From the NCBI GenBank assembly GCA_900316835.1, contig ONEL01000002.1, positions 37,976-101,975 of the forward strand: a stretch of DNA of 64,000 bases. The letters run 5' to 3'. Shown in pieces: positions 35,601 to 44,810 of the stretch. The notes beneath the pieces are model-generated. The model did no database searches. It had not been told where the DNA came from and was given only the letters and a program-made list of their open reading frames with translations. Every line of letters begins with the position of its first letter. Within the stretch, counting starts at the first letter, position 1. Both the position numbers and the translations under genes were made by a program. This DNA is from an uncultured Prevotellaceae bacterium. GTDB lineage: Bacteria; Bacteroidota; Bacteroidia; Bacteroidales; Muribaculaceae.

Positions 35601-38600
35601 TTAGAAGTTCAAGCTAAGACCAAGGATGAACGAAATGGGTCGTGGATACATGTCGTTGTCGATACCATAAGAGATCTCGGGATCGATGCCGTCATACTTG
35701 GTGATGCAGAAGACGTTGTTAACAGTACCGTAAACACGTCCGCTAATGCCGTGGTAACTTGCACCCTTGAAGAGCTCGCTGAAGCTGTAGCCCAGGGTGA
35801 TGTTGTCACACTTGAGGAACGAAGCGTTCTTTACCCAGCGGTCGCTGAGCTGTGATGCGTCGTCGTAGGTTGCCCAGCCATACTTGATGGCGTCAACAGG
35901 ACGGTTGTTGAGGTAAGCACCACTAACGCTCTCGTATACTGCTGCGAGACCCACGTTGGCATAACCTTTCATCACGTTGTTGAACACATAGTTGCCAATG
36001 CTGGCGCGCATGTTGAAGCCAAAGTCCCAGTTCTTCCACTCCAGGCGTGAGCCCAGGCCCATGGTAACAGGAGCGAAAGGAGCCTTGTAGAAGTAGCGGT
36101 CGTCGTCGGTGATCTGGCCGTCGGCGTTGCGGTCAACAACCTGGTTCTCGATGGGCATTCCATCCTCGCCATATACCTGCTGGTATACATAGAACGAGTT
36201 GGCGGGATGACCCACTGCGTGAGCCTGGCAGTTCTTGTTGATACCCACACCACCGGTGAGCACCTTGTAATCCTCGTTGCCAATGCCACCCACGAGCTCG
36301 GTGATCTCATTCTTGTTGTAGGTGAAGTTGTAGTCGATAGTCCACAGCAGGTCGCTTGTGGAGATAGCCTTCCAGCTGATAGAGAACTCAAGACCAGTGT
36401 TCTTCAACGAACCAATGTTCTGGTTTGCCATGTTGCGGAAGTTGCCCACAGGGATAGAGGCATAGTTCAACAGGTCGGTGGTCTTGCGGTAGTACCAGTC
36501 GATGCTACCAGTGATGCGGCCGTTAAGGAATCCCCAGTCAAGACCCACGTTTGTGGTGGTAGTGGTCTCCCACTTGAGCTGTGGGTTGTAAACGTTAGGA
36601 CGAGCCATTGTACCGTCGCCCATGATGTCGTAGAACGAACCGGGAACGCCCGAGTTCATAGAGTAGTTGGTGAAGTAGTTGTAGTCACCAATGCCTTCTT
36701 GCTGACCGGTCATACCCCAGCCCAGACGCAGCTTCAACTCGCTGAGTGCGTTCACGTCGCGCAGGAAGGATTCCTCCTTAAGGCGCCATGCAATGGCAAA
36801 TGAGGGGAAAGTAGACCAGTGCTTCTTGAAGCGTGAAGAACCGTCGTGACGCACGGTGGCAGTCAGGTAGTAGCGGTTCTTGAAGATGTAGTTGGCACGA
36901 CCAAAGAACGATACCAGATAGCTCTCGGTGCGATAGCCAAGGCCGTTGTAGAGCCATGTCTCATTGTACTTCTGTCCGGCTGCGGGAATCATCGCGCCAC
37001 TGCCATCAAGGATGTAGTTTCCATCGCTGTCTTTGAGGTACTCCTTGCTTGTTGATGGATAGTAGCCCCAGTAGTTGTTGTGCTCTTTGCGCCAGAAGTG
37101 CTGCCACTCATAACCACCCATGATGTCGAAGTGGTGGTCAGCGTTGAAGTCCTTGTAGTACTGGGCATAGGCACTAAGGGTGCGGTTCTCTTTGGTCTGC
37201 TCGCTCCAGCCGTGGCTGCCATAGTAGGCTGCAAGGGGGCTGGCGGGATCAACGTCGGTAGTTTGCTTGCCCTTCGAGAAGTCACCACCCAGAGTGAGGT
37301 GGAGGCGCAGGTCCTCAAATCCGTGAATCTTATAGTCGACGTCGATGTTGCCCACAAAGGCGTGGCTGTTGGCACGGTCGTTCTTGAGCTCGAGGATTGC
37401 AACAGGGTTGCGAGGAGCGTTGGTGTTGACGGTGTAGGGCCATGAGTCGTCGTTCAGGGCAGCTGCCGAGAGCCAGTTGAAGTAGCCACCAAAGTTTTTA
37501 TACAGCGGGTCGCTGCTGGTGATGGGCTGGGTGGGGTCCATGCGCACGGCGTTGCCAATGGCCGAGCCGTCGGCATAGCGCGACTTGGCGTACATGTACT
37601 TGGCGTTGATGTTGAAGGTCAAGTGGTCGTTCAGCAGCGATGGGTTCAAGTTTCCAGCCACTGTGTAGCGCTTGAAGTCGGAGGTCTTGAGGATACCCTG
37701 CTGGTCGGTGTAACCTACCGAAACACGGAAGGGGAGGAAGTCCTTCACTGAACCGGTAACGGTGAGGTTGTGGTCATGGCTCAGGGCGGTGCGGTAAATC
37801 TCGTCCTGCCAGTTGGTGTTGGCATTGCCAAGGGCGGCGATTGCGTCGGCCTCGCGGCTGTTGCCAGCATAGATTTTCTTCACGTAGTCACGATACTCGT
37901 CACCGTTAAGAACCTCGATGTTCTTCTTCTTCTTGCTCACGGTGAAACTGCCGTTATACAGCACGTTCACGTCCTGGCCACGGCGGCCTTTCTTGGTGGT
38001 GATGATGATAACACCGTTAGAGCCGCGCGAACCGTAGATGGCGGTTGCCGATGCGTCTTTGAGAACGTTGAAGGTCTCAATGTCGGCGGGGTTAACAAGT
38101 GAGAGGCCGTTGGCAACACCTCTAATGCCGTTGTTGTCCATGGGCACTCCGTCAATTACGATAAGTGGGTCGTTGCTGGCGTTCAGCGACGAGCCACCAC
38201 GAATGCGGATTGTGGCGCCACCACCAGGTGTACCGCCACCGTCGGTAACGTTCACACCGGCGATTTTACCACCGAGCATGTCTTGAGCGCTCACTACCAC
38301 ACCTTTGTTCTTGGTGTCGGGCTTGAGAGCGGGTTACGCTACCAGTAAGGTCGTTCTTCTTGACAGTACCGTAACCAATCACCACCACGTTCTCGAGAAT
38401 TTGAGAGTCGTCGAGAAGCTCAATCACGAGGTTGGGAGCGGCGGTAACGGTCTGTGACTGAAGACCGATAGAAGAAACTTGGAGCTGGGCGCCCTTGGGT
38501 GCAGTGATTGTGAAGTTACCGTCAAAGTCGGTCGCCACAGTGTTGGTGGTACCCACAACGGTAACAGTTGCACCAATAACAGGTTCGCCGGTAGCATCCT

Positions 38601-38706
38601 TGACATGTCCCTGCACAGTAATCTGTGCGTAGGCTCCGATGGATAGGAAAAGTCCCATCATCAGGGCTAGAATCCTTTGGGGAATTCTAATGTTTACCTG
38701 CTTCAT
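35601..38706 (-). pseudogene. susC: SusC/RagA TonB-dependent receptor interrupted by a 1-nt frameshift (or an assembly error)
   Basis: ORF 38266..38706 holds the signal peptide, the CarboxypepD_reg-like ITVQGHVKDATGEPVIGATV and the plug start VVVIGYGTVKKNDLTGSV. ORF 35601..38300 continues SAQDMLGGKIAGV... to the terminal LNF. Deleting one G from the GGG at 38331..38333 restores ...TGSVTALKPDTKNKGVVVSAQDMLGG. Confidence 0.8.
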
Positions 38707-38852
38707 CTTGTTTTTAGTTAAATTGTTATTAGTTATTAAATTTTAAATTTGTTTATTTTATCTTCAATATATAATGAAATTCTCGTTTTGACTTTTTGTT
38801 TTAAATGGTCTAATTTTTTGAAAAAATGGGTATGTGCGAAACATCGCAACTA

Positions 38853-38860
38853 CAAAATTA
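38853..38860 (-). promoter_or_regulatory. candidate -7 box (TAATTTTG on the minus strand) for the susC operon
   Basis: Plus strand reads caaaatta, ~147 nt upstream of the ATG at 38706. Confidence 0.35.
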
Positions 38861-38916
38861 GTGCTTTTTAGCAAAACAGGACATCAAATTCTTATTTAAT
38901 TATGTATATAATGGAG

Positions 38917-38930
38917 CGCAAACGTTTGCA
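38917..38930. promoter_or_regulatory. LacI-family operator-like palindrome CGCAAACGTTTGCA
   Basis: A 14-bp near-perfect dyad centred on CG. It matches the generic LacI/GalR half-site pattern TGnAAnCGnTTnCA and lies between the divergent susC and lacI-family genes. Confidence 0.5.
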
Positions 38931-38978
38931 TTAAGATATTTTAATACAATACTATGTAAAAAATTGCAAAGAAACCAC

Positions 38979-38986
38979 TAATTTTG
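38979..38986 (+). promoter_or_regulatory. candidate -7 box TAATTTTG for the LacI-family gene
   Basis: Matches TAnnTTTG, ~50 nt upstream of the ATG at 39036. Confidence 0.35.
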
Positions 38987-39035
38987 AAGTCCAATTATGT
39001 TATGTCCTGCCATAAAATGCATTTAGTTGACCATT

Positions 39036-40061
39036 ATGAACGAGAAGCAACCATTGACGATGAAAGACATAGCCATGCAGCTGGGAGTGAGCGTGGCAAC
39101 TGTTTCGAGAGCGCTGAAAAATAGCCCTAACATTAGTAAGCAACGCAGGGAAATGATACAGCGTTATGCTCGTGAGCACGATTATTATCCTAACGTGATT
39201 GCCGAGCAGTTGCGTCACAGCCGTCAAAAACCATCGCAAATAATTGGCGTGATACTGCCCGAGATAGTGCATTACTATTTCGCTTCTATCCTGAGTGGCA
39301 TTGAGGAAAAGGCTAAAGAGCGCGGATATCGCATCATGGTGGCGCAAAGCGATGAGCGCTATGAGCGGGAAGTGGAGATTTGCGAGTCGTTTATGAAAAA
39401 CAAGGTGTGTGGCATTATTGTTTCGCAAGCTAAAGATACCGAGCGTTATGACCACTTCAAGAAGCTGGTTACCAATGGTATTCCGCTGGTGTTCTATGAC
39501 CGCATTTGCCCCGCGCTAAACGCTAGCCGAGTGGTGGTCGATGACTACCAGGGGGCTTATAAAGCGGTGAGCTACCTCATCGAGACGGGATGCAAGCGGA
39601 TAGCTTTCTTTGGAGCAAACATGAACATGCAGATTTCTAAAAACCGCTTTAATGGCTACAAGGACGCACTCTATCATCATGGTATGCAACCACACGACGA
39701 CCTTATTCTCCAGTGCGACAACCGCGACGATGCCGAGCACATTACTCCAGCATTGCTCAGGAGAAAAGACCGTCCCGACGGCTTCTTTGCCATCAACGAC
39801 GAGACAGCGATTGGCATTCTCTACACCGCCAAGCGCATGGGGTTCAGAGTCCCCGACGATGTGGCGGTGTGTGGCTTTACAGATAGCGAGCGGGCAGTCT
39901 CATGCGACCCCATGCTCACTACCGTCAAGCAGGATGGACGCGAAGTGGGCTCCCAAGCCACCGACGTGCTCATCGACACCGTGGAGGGAAAGCTTCCCAT
40001 CGACCGCGCTGAGAAGCGCGTGGTGCGAACCCGCCTTGTGGTGCGTGGCACCACAAAGTGA
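39036..40061 (+). CDS. LacI family transcriptional regulator
   Basis: The HTH is MKDIAMQLGVSVATVSRALKNSPNIS, followed by a periplasmic-binding-protein-like sugar-binding core. The start is placed at the first ATG (39036), because the track start at 39027 is TTG. Confidence 0.9.
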   Translation: MNEKQPLTMKDIAMQLGVSVATVSRALKNSPNISKQRREMIQRYAREHDYYPNVIAEQLRHSRQKPSQIIGVILPEIVHYYFASILSGIEEKAKERGYRIMVAQSDERYEREVEICESFMKNKVCGIIVSQAKDTERYDHFKKLVTNGIPLVFYDRICPALNASRVVVDDYQGAYKAVSYLIETGCKRIAFFGANMNMQISKNRFNGYKDALYHHGMQPHDDLILQCDNRDDAEHITPALLRRKDRPDGFFAINDETAIGILYTAKRMGFRVPDDVAVCGFTDSERAVSCDPMLTTVKQDGREVGSQATDVLIDTVEGKLPIDRAEKRVVRTRLVVRGTTK

Positions 40062-40077
40062 GTTCTATTTTTCTTAA

Positions 40078-40140
40078 CTAGAAGATCTAGAAAATCTAGA
40101 ATGTCTAGAAAATCTAGAATTTATAGAACCTCTAGAACCT
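40078..40140. repeat. tandem array of seven 9-bp units with CTAGAA core
   Basis: CTAGAAGAT CTAGAAAAT CTAGAATGT CTAGAAAAT CTAGAATTT ATAGAACCT CTAGAACCT. It fills the gap between convergent stops (40061 and 40141). Confidence 0.85.
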
Positions 40141-40656
40141 TTATTCTTCGTACCAAGTGCTATACATCAAGTAGTTCTTGGCAATCTTGACGTTTATCTC
40201 GCGGGCTTGGGCGGGATCGACCATTTTCTTGAACTTGGCAGGTGAGCCAGCCCACAGTTCGTGCGCTCCCACCTTGGTGCCCTTGAGCACCACGCTGCCG
40301 GCGGCGATGATGGCGCCCTCGCCAATCTCGGCGTCGTCGAGCACCACACTACCCATGCCTATGAGCGCCATGTCGTGAATCTTAGCACCATGGATAGTGA
40401 CATTGTGACCAATTGACACGTCGTTGCCAATCTCGATGGTTGACTTTTGGTACAAGGTGTGCAACACGCTGCCGTCCTGTACATTAACTCGGTTACCCAG
40501 GGTGATGGTGTTTACATCGCCACGCAGCACAGCACCAAACCAGATGCTGCACTCGTCGCCTATTGTCACATCGCCCACTACCACTGCATTGTCGGCAAGG
40601 AAACACCCCTCGCCAATTTTGGGCTCAAAGCCCCTTACTTTTCTTATTATTGCCAT
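40141..40656 (-). CDS. gamma-carbonic-anhydrase-like / hexapeptide-repeat (LbH) protein
   Basis: 171 aa. The pattern is IGEGCFLADNAVVVGDVTIGDECSIWFGAVLRGDVNTITLGNRVNVQDGSVLH, typical of YrdA/PaaY-like proteins. Confidence 0.85.
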   Translation of the reverse strand: MAIIRKVRGFEPKIGEGCFLADNAVVVGDVTIGDECSIWFGAVLRGDVNTITLGNRVNVQDGSVLHTLYQKSTIEIGNDVSIGHNVTIHGAKIHDMALIGMGSVVLDDAEIGEGAIIAAGSVVLKGTKVGAHELWAGSPAKFKKMVDPAQAREINVKIAKNYLMYSTWYEE

Positions 40657-40664
40657 TGTTATTT

Positions 40665-40692
40665 AATGCATAATTCATAATGCATAATGCAC
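40665..40692. repeat. heptamer array AATGCAT x4 (left flank of the four-helix-bundle gene)
   Basis: AATGCAT AATTCAT AATGCAT AATGCAC. It is the reverse complement of the unit in the array at 41120..41154. Confidence 0.8.
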
Positions 40693-40721
40693 AATTATTA
40701 ATACATCATGAATATAATTGA

Positions 40722-41078
40722 TTATTTATCAAAAGTTGTTTTTACAATTGACATGAGAATTCTTATTAGCTCTCTACAATCATTTAGAATATGTTCTTCT
40801 TTCTCAGTAGTATATTCACCTTCTTGTAATAACTCGAGCCAGTATTCTGTTTCGCTTGCCTCTTTTAACGCTATATTCATCTTTGCGCCAAAATCAGCAT
40901 TACTCTGACCTCTAATTGCCTCTTTCACATTAGCACCAATGCTTGTTGCCGAACGTAGGAACTGCCTTGAAAGCACATACTCACGTTTCTCATCCACTAA
41001 ATAACGATAGAGTTTTATTGCTTTAAGAGCAAAAGCCTTACTCTTTACAACAATTATATTATCAGTATCGGGCTTCAT
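40722..41078 (-). CDS. four-helix-bundle protein (23S rRNA intervening-sequence protein family)
   Basis: 118 aa. The pattern is KSKAFALKAIKLYRYL...EYVLSRQFLRSATSIGANVKEAIRGQSNADFGAKMNIALKEASETEYWLELL, the classic pattern of this family. Confidence 0.85.
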   Translation of the reverse strand: MKPDTDNIIVVKSKAFALKAIKLYRYLVDEKREYVLSRQFLRSATSIGANVKEAIRGQSNADFGAKMNIALKEASETEYWLELLQEGEYTTEKEEHILNDCRELIRILMSIVKTTFDK

Positions 41079-41119
41079 TAATTAATCGATTATTAACTGT
41101 TTAAAATGGGTGCTATGAA

Positions 41120-41154
41120 GTGCATTATGCATTATGCATTGTGCATTGTGCATT
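41120..41154. repeat. heptamer array ATGCATT x5 (right flank of the four-helix-bundle gene)
   Basis: GTGCATT ATGCATT ATGCATT GTGCATT GTGCATT. It ends 2 nt before the stop codon of the aminopeptidase gene. Confidence 0.8.
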
Positions 41155-41156
41155 AA

Positions 41157-42926
41157 TCAAATGCTTGAGCATTTGATTTGGAGCCAGGTTACCTCTTGCT
41201 CGTTGAGATAGGGAGTTAGGCGCGCGAGTACCATGGCGTGGTAATCGTTAATTTGCTTTACTTCCTCGGGGGTGAGCATCGAGAGGTCGATGAGGCGAGT
41301 GTCGTAGGGGAACAGGGTTAATGTCTCAAACTCCAGGAAGTCGCCAAAGTCCTTGGTCTTGGGACCCTCGACCACTAGCAGGATGTTCTCGGTGCGAATG
41401 CCATATTCACCGGCCTTGTAAAGTCCAGGCTCGTTGCTTGTTACCATACCGGGCTCCAGGGCAACAGGGTTGAGATTGGTGCGGATGCTGTGAGGTCCCT
41501 CGTGGCAACCCAGGAAGTGCCCCAGCCCATGACCGGTGCCGTGCAGGAAGGTCATGGCTTCTTGCCACAGTGGCATGCGGGCAAAGGCATCGAGTTGCAC
41601 ACCGGTAGTGCCCACGGGGAATTTAGCGCGACTCAGTGCCAAGTGTCCTTTTAGCACTAGGGTGAAGTCGTGCTTCTCCTGTGCGGTGGGATTTCCCAGG
41701 GTGACGGTACGGGTGATGTCGGTAGTGCCATCGAGATATTGCGCTCCGCTGTCGACGAGTAATAGTCCCTCGCCCTGCAAGGTGCTGGCACTCTCGGCAC
41801 TGGCGGTGTAGTGCACTATGGCACCATGCTCGCGGTAGCCGGCTATCATCTCAAAGCTGTCGCCACGGTACAGGTCGCTCTTGGCACGCTCCAGCTTGCC
41901 ACGTTCCCACACATCAACCTCGTTGATAGTGCCCGTAGCTGCGTTCTGTTCTATCCACATGAACAAGCGCACGAGTGCGGCGCCGTCGCGCTCCATAGCA
42001 TGGCGGAAACCGTCAATTTGTACCTCGTTCTTGATGGCTTTGAGCGCTGCTACCGGCGACGCGCCGTACACCTTGTCGCACATCAGCGCTTGTCCCAGTG
42101 TGTCGCTCACCTTGTTGGGGTCGAGAAGGATGGTGTCATTCACGTTGCGTTTCTCAAGGAATTTCTCCACGTCGTCGTAGTTCTTTATTCTCACCTTGTA
42201 GCTCTTGAGATGGTCGCGCACCTCGCTTGTGACTTTTGCATCATCAATGAATATCACGCGGTCCTTGTCGCTAAGGTAGAAGAATGCTATAGCGACAGGG
42301 GTGAATTCCACGTCGCTACCACGCAGGTTTAAGAGCCATGCTATCTCGTCGAGGGCAGTGATGAGGATGCTCTCGGCACCCATCTGCTCCACTTGCTCCA
42401 TGGTGCGGGTGAGCTTGCTCTCCACGTCTTCGCCGGCATATTCCACATCATGCACAAAGGCTGGTGCCATGGGGCGCTCGGGGCGATCTTCCCACAGCTC
42501 ATCGGCAGGGTAGAAATCGGTGGCAAAGAGGAATCCATTCTCACCGCAGAACTGCTCCAGGCGGTTAGCTTCCATGAGCGAGAATAAGCGACCGTCAACT
42601 GCCAGCGTGTCGTCCTCGTGTAGCTGTTGAGCCAGCCACTGCTGGATGGTGGGTTCGCCAGGAATCTGCTCCTTTTTCAGTTCAAAACCGCTTCCCTCAA
42701 GTTCGATGCCTGCTTGCAGGAAGTATCGAGAGTCGGTCCACAGGCATGCTTTGTCGAGAGTTACCACTGCTGTGCCATTGCTGCCGGTGAATCCACTCAC
42801 CCAGTCGCGCAGCTTCCAGTAGTTGCTCACATATTCGCTTTGATGTGGGTCGGTGCCTGGAATTATCACGGCATCCACCCCCTTGTTGCGCATCAGCTCG
42901 CGCAACGCTTCAAGATTGTTGTTCAT
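41157..42926 (-). CDS. pepP: Xaa-Pro aminopeptidase (M24B, aminopeptidase P family)
   Basis: 589 aa. It has creatinase-like N-domains and the M24 core with HGTGHGLGHFLGCHEGP and SNEPGLY. Confidence 0.9.
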   Translation of the reverse strand: MNNNLEALRELMRNKGVDAVIIPGTDPHQSEYVSNYWKLRDWVSGFTGSNGTAVVTLDKACLWTDSRYFLQAGIELEGSGFELKKEQIPGEPTIQQWLAQQLHEDDTLAVDGRLFSLMEANRLEQFCGENGFLFATDFYPADELWEDRPERPMAPAFVHDVEYAGEDVESKLTRTMEQVEQMGAESILITALDEIAWLLNLRGSDVEFTPVAIAFFYLSDKDRVIFIDDAKVTSEVRDHLKSYKVRIKNYDDVEKFLEKRNVNDTILLDPNKVSDTLGQALMCDKVYGASPVAALKAIKNEVQIDGFRHAMERDGAALVRLFMWIEQNAATGTINEVDVWERGKLERAKSDLYRGDSFEMIAGYREHGAIVHYTASAESASTLQGEGLLLVDSGAQYLDGTTDITRTVTLGNPTAQEKHDFTLVLKGHLALSRAKFPVGTTGVQLDAFARMPLWQEAMTFLHGTGHGLGHFLGCHEGPHSIRTNLNPVALEPGMVTSNEPGLYKAGEYGIRTENILLVVEGPKTKDFGDFLEFETLTLFPYDTRLIDLSMLTPEEVKQINDYHAMVLARLTPYLNEQEVTWLQIKCSSI

Positions 42927-43071
42927 TGTGTATTATAATTATGTTTTTTTCTAATTTGCAAAGTTAAGAAAAGTTGCCCAATGGTGAGTTACTTGGTAAG
43001 AACTTTTTTTGAACCCCAATTGGTCATTAGGGTGTGAAACAGTTTTTTATTGGCATTTAGAAACAAATAAT

Positions 43072-43079
43072 TACCTTTG
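43072..43079 (+). promoter_or_regulatory. candidate -7 box TACCTTTG for the acyltransferase gene
   Basis: Matches TAnnTTTG. It overlaps the TTG start in the ORF track, which argues for the ATG at 43134. Confidence 0.4.
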
Positions 43080-43133
43080 CAGGTGAGAAATAAATATTTG
43101 ATAGCGCTACACGTGATAACTAGTGACCAATAC

Positions 43134-44168
43134 ATGGCGGTGAATGGCAAGAAGTTTGACATTGTCAAGCTAGTGCTTGCTGTGCTCATTGTAGCTATTC
43201 ACTCCTCCATGCCCGGGATGTGGTTTAGACCCATCTTGCGACTGGCGGTGCCATTGTTTTTTATTATCTCGTCCTATTTGTTTTTCTCTAAACAGCGGTT
43301 AATGACCAGCTTGGAGGAGCGTCGTCGCGGACTTCGGAAATATGCGATACGTATTTTGAAGCTATATTTCTTTTGGTTTGTGCTATTGTTGCCACTCACA
43401 ATATATTTCAGGAAATGGTATGTCGATTTCAGCCCCGAGACCCTCCTCACGGTTGTGAGAAGTTTCCTTTTCGGTAGCACTTTCATGGCGTCGTGGTTCT
43501 TGATGGCATCGCTGCTTGGAGTGGTGGTTGTGTGGTTCTTGTCGCGATATCGCGTGGGCGACAAGTGGATAGTAGCGCTAGGTGTCGTGGCCTATGCTGC
43601 ATGCTGCATGTTTTCCACCTATTATAGTACTGTGGAGTGGAATGAAGCGGTAGTTAATGGCTATGAAAGCTATACCACCATCTTTGCCTCGCCATTTAAT
43701 AGTTTCCCATGCTCAATACTCTTTGTCGCGATAGGTAAAATCCTAGCCGAACGCAAGCTGTCGTTTTCTAACGTGTGGTTGATTATTATTTTGGTGATTT
43801 CGATGATAGTTCTGTATGTTGAGTTTCTTCTGACCAATAGTTGTTGTCGTGTTATCAATGACGATTGCTATTTTGTGTTGCCTGTAGCTTGCGCTTGTTT
43901 GTTCATCTTGATTGGTCAGAGCCAGCCCTGTGAAATAGGTATTGATACTAAGAAGTTGCGAGCCACATCAACGATAATTTATTGTAGCCATGCAACAATC
44001 TTGAGCTACATGGGATTAGTGCTTAAAAATAATGGAATTGAGAGACCTAATGATGCTTGGCTAATGTTGATGTTCCTCACAGCCTTAGCAATCTCCCTGG
44101 GCTTGAGCTTGTTGTTGCTGAAACTTGAAAAATACCCGTCGCTCAGCTGGTTGAGATATTCTCATTAA
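43134..44168 (+). CDS. acyltransferase family 3 integral membrane protein
   Basis: ~10 TM helices. The N-terminal KFDIVKLVLAVLIVAIHS pattern is typical of Acyl_transf_3. The region looks more AT-rich than its neighbours. Confidence 0.65.
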   Translation: MAVNGKKFDIVKLVLAVLIVAIHSSMPGMWFRPILRLAVPLFFIISSYLFFSKQRLMTSLEERRRGLRKYAIRILKLYFFWFVLLLPLTIYFRKWYVDFSPETLLTVVRSFLFGSTFMASWFLMASLLGVVVVWFLSRYRVGDKWIVALGVVAYAACCMFSTYYSTVEWNEAVVNGYESYTTIFASPFNSFPCSILFVAIGKILAERKLSFSNVWLIIILVISMIVLYVEFLLTNSCCRVINDDCYFVLPVACACLFILIGQSQPCEIGIDTKKLRATSTIIYCSHATILSYMGLVLKNNGIERPNDAWLMLMFLTALAISLGLSLLLLKLEKYPSLSWLRYSH

Positions 44169-44303
44169 TAAAAAAGGAATGTGACTTAAATGTCATTATC
44201 GCGCAACACCATCTCTGCAAGAAAGAATGTGTGGAATGGGCTTATTAATTAAAAAAAGTTAAAGATTGACGCAAAGTGGCTCCCTGTGCGTCTATAAAGT
44301 GAG

Positions 44304-44810
44304 ATGAATGAGAGGGAGTTTGAATCGAAAGTAGTTCAGCTACGCAAGAAAGCCGTTGCCACTTGTCAGGCATGTGGGGCTAGCTTGACGCAAGCCGAGG
44401 ACGTGGCCCAAGACGTGATGCTGCGGCTGTGGCAGTTGCGCGAGAGCTTAGACCGCTACCGCTCTCTTGAGGCACTCGTGGTGGTGATGGCACGGCACAA
44501 TCTCTCCTCGATGCGTCGCAACGACCGCAGTAGCGTGTCCATAATGACGGTTAACTCGCGTGAGCTACCATCACAGCCCATCACTGCCGACGCCTCGCTC
44601 ATCTCCTCGCAAGAGGTAGCATGGCTCAATGAGGCCATGCGACGGTTGCCCGGCACTCAGTATGCGGTGCTTCACATGCGCCAGGTGGAATGCCTCAGTT
44701 ACGACGAGATAGCGCTGCGCTTGGGTATAGAAAATAGCACGGCGCGCAGCTTGCTCTCTAAAGCACGTGTTAAATTGCTCAATGAAATAAAAAAACGAAA
44801 CCAGCGATGA
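44304..44810 (+). CDS. ECF-type RNA polymerase sigma-70 factor
   Basis: Region 2 (AEDVAQDVMLRLWQ) and the region 4 HTH (LSYDEIALRLGIENSTARSLLSKARVKL). GCGTCTA lies 10 nt upstream of the ATG. Confidence 0.85.
   Translation: MNEREFESKVVQLRKKAVATCQACGASLTQAEDVAQDVMLRLWQLRESLDRYRSLEALVVVMARHNLSSMRRNDRSSVSIMTVNSRELPSQPITADASLISSQEVAWLNEAMRRLPGTQYAVLHMRQVECLSYDEIALRLGIENSTARSLLSKARVKLLNEIKKRNQR

Noticed and set aside
35601-38706. Treating 38266..38706 (146 aa) and 35601..38300 (899 aa) as two separate genes.
   Set aside because: They are contiguous parts of one SusC-like receptor separated by a single-base frameshift. The 146-aa ORF ends in out-of-frame sequence (RSQARHQEQRCGSERSRHARW).
40078-40140. 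Reading the short-period arrays (here and at 1016, 14773, 19045, 40665, 41120, 58766 and 59504) as CRISPR arrays.
   Set aside because: The periods are 7 or 9 bp with no unique spacers, the arrays are under 90 bp, and there are no cas genes in the window.
43077-43133. The TTG start for the acyltransferase, and likewise the TTG at 39027 for the LacI gene and the ATG at 53051 for the AlbA_2 gene.
   Set aside because: For the acyltransferase and AlbA_2 genes, a TAnnTTTG promoter box lies at or inside the extended ORF, so the downstream ATG (43134, 53072) is more plausible. For the LacI gene, the first in-frame ATG (39036) is simply preferred over the TTG.
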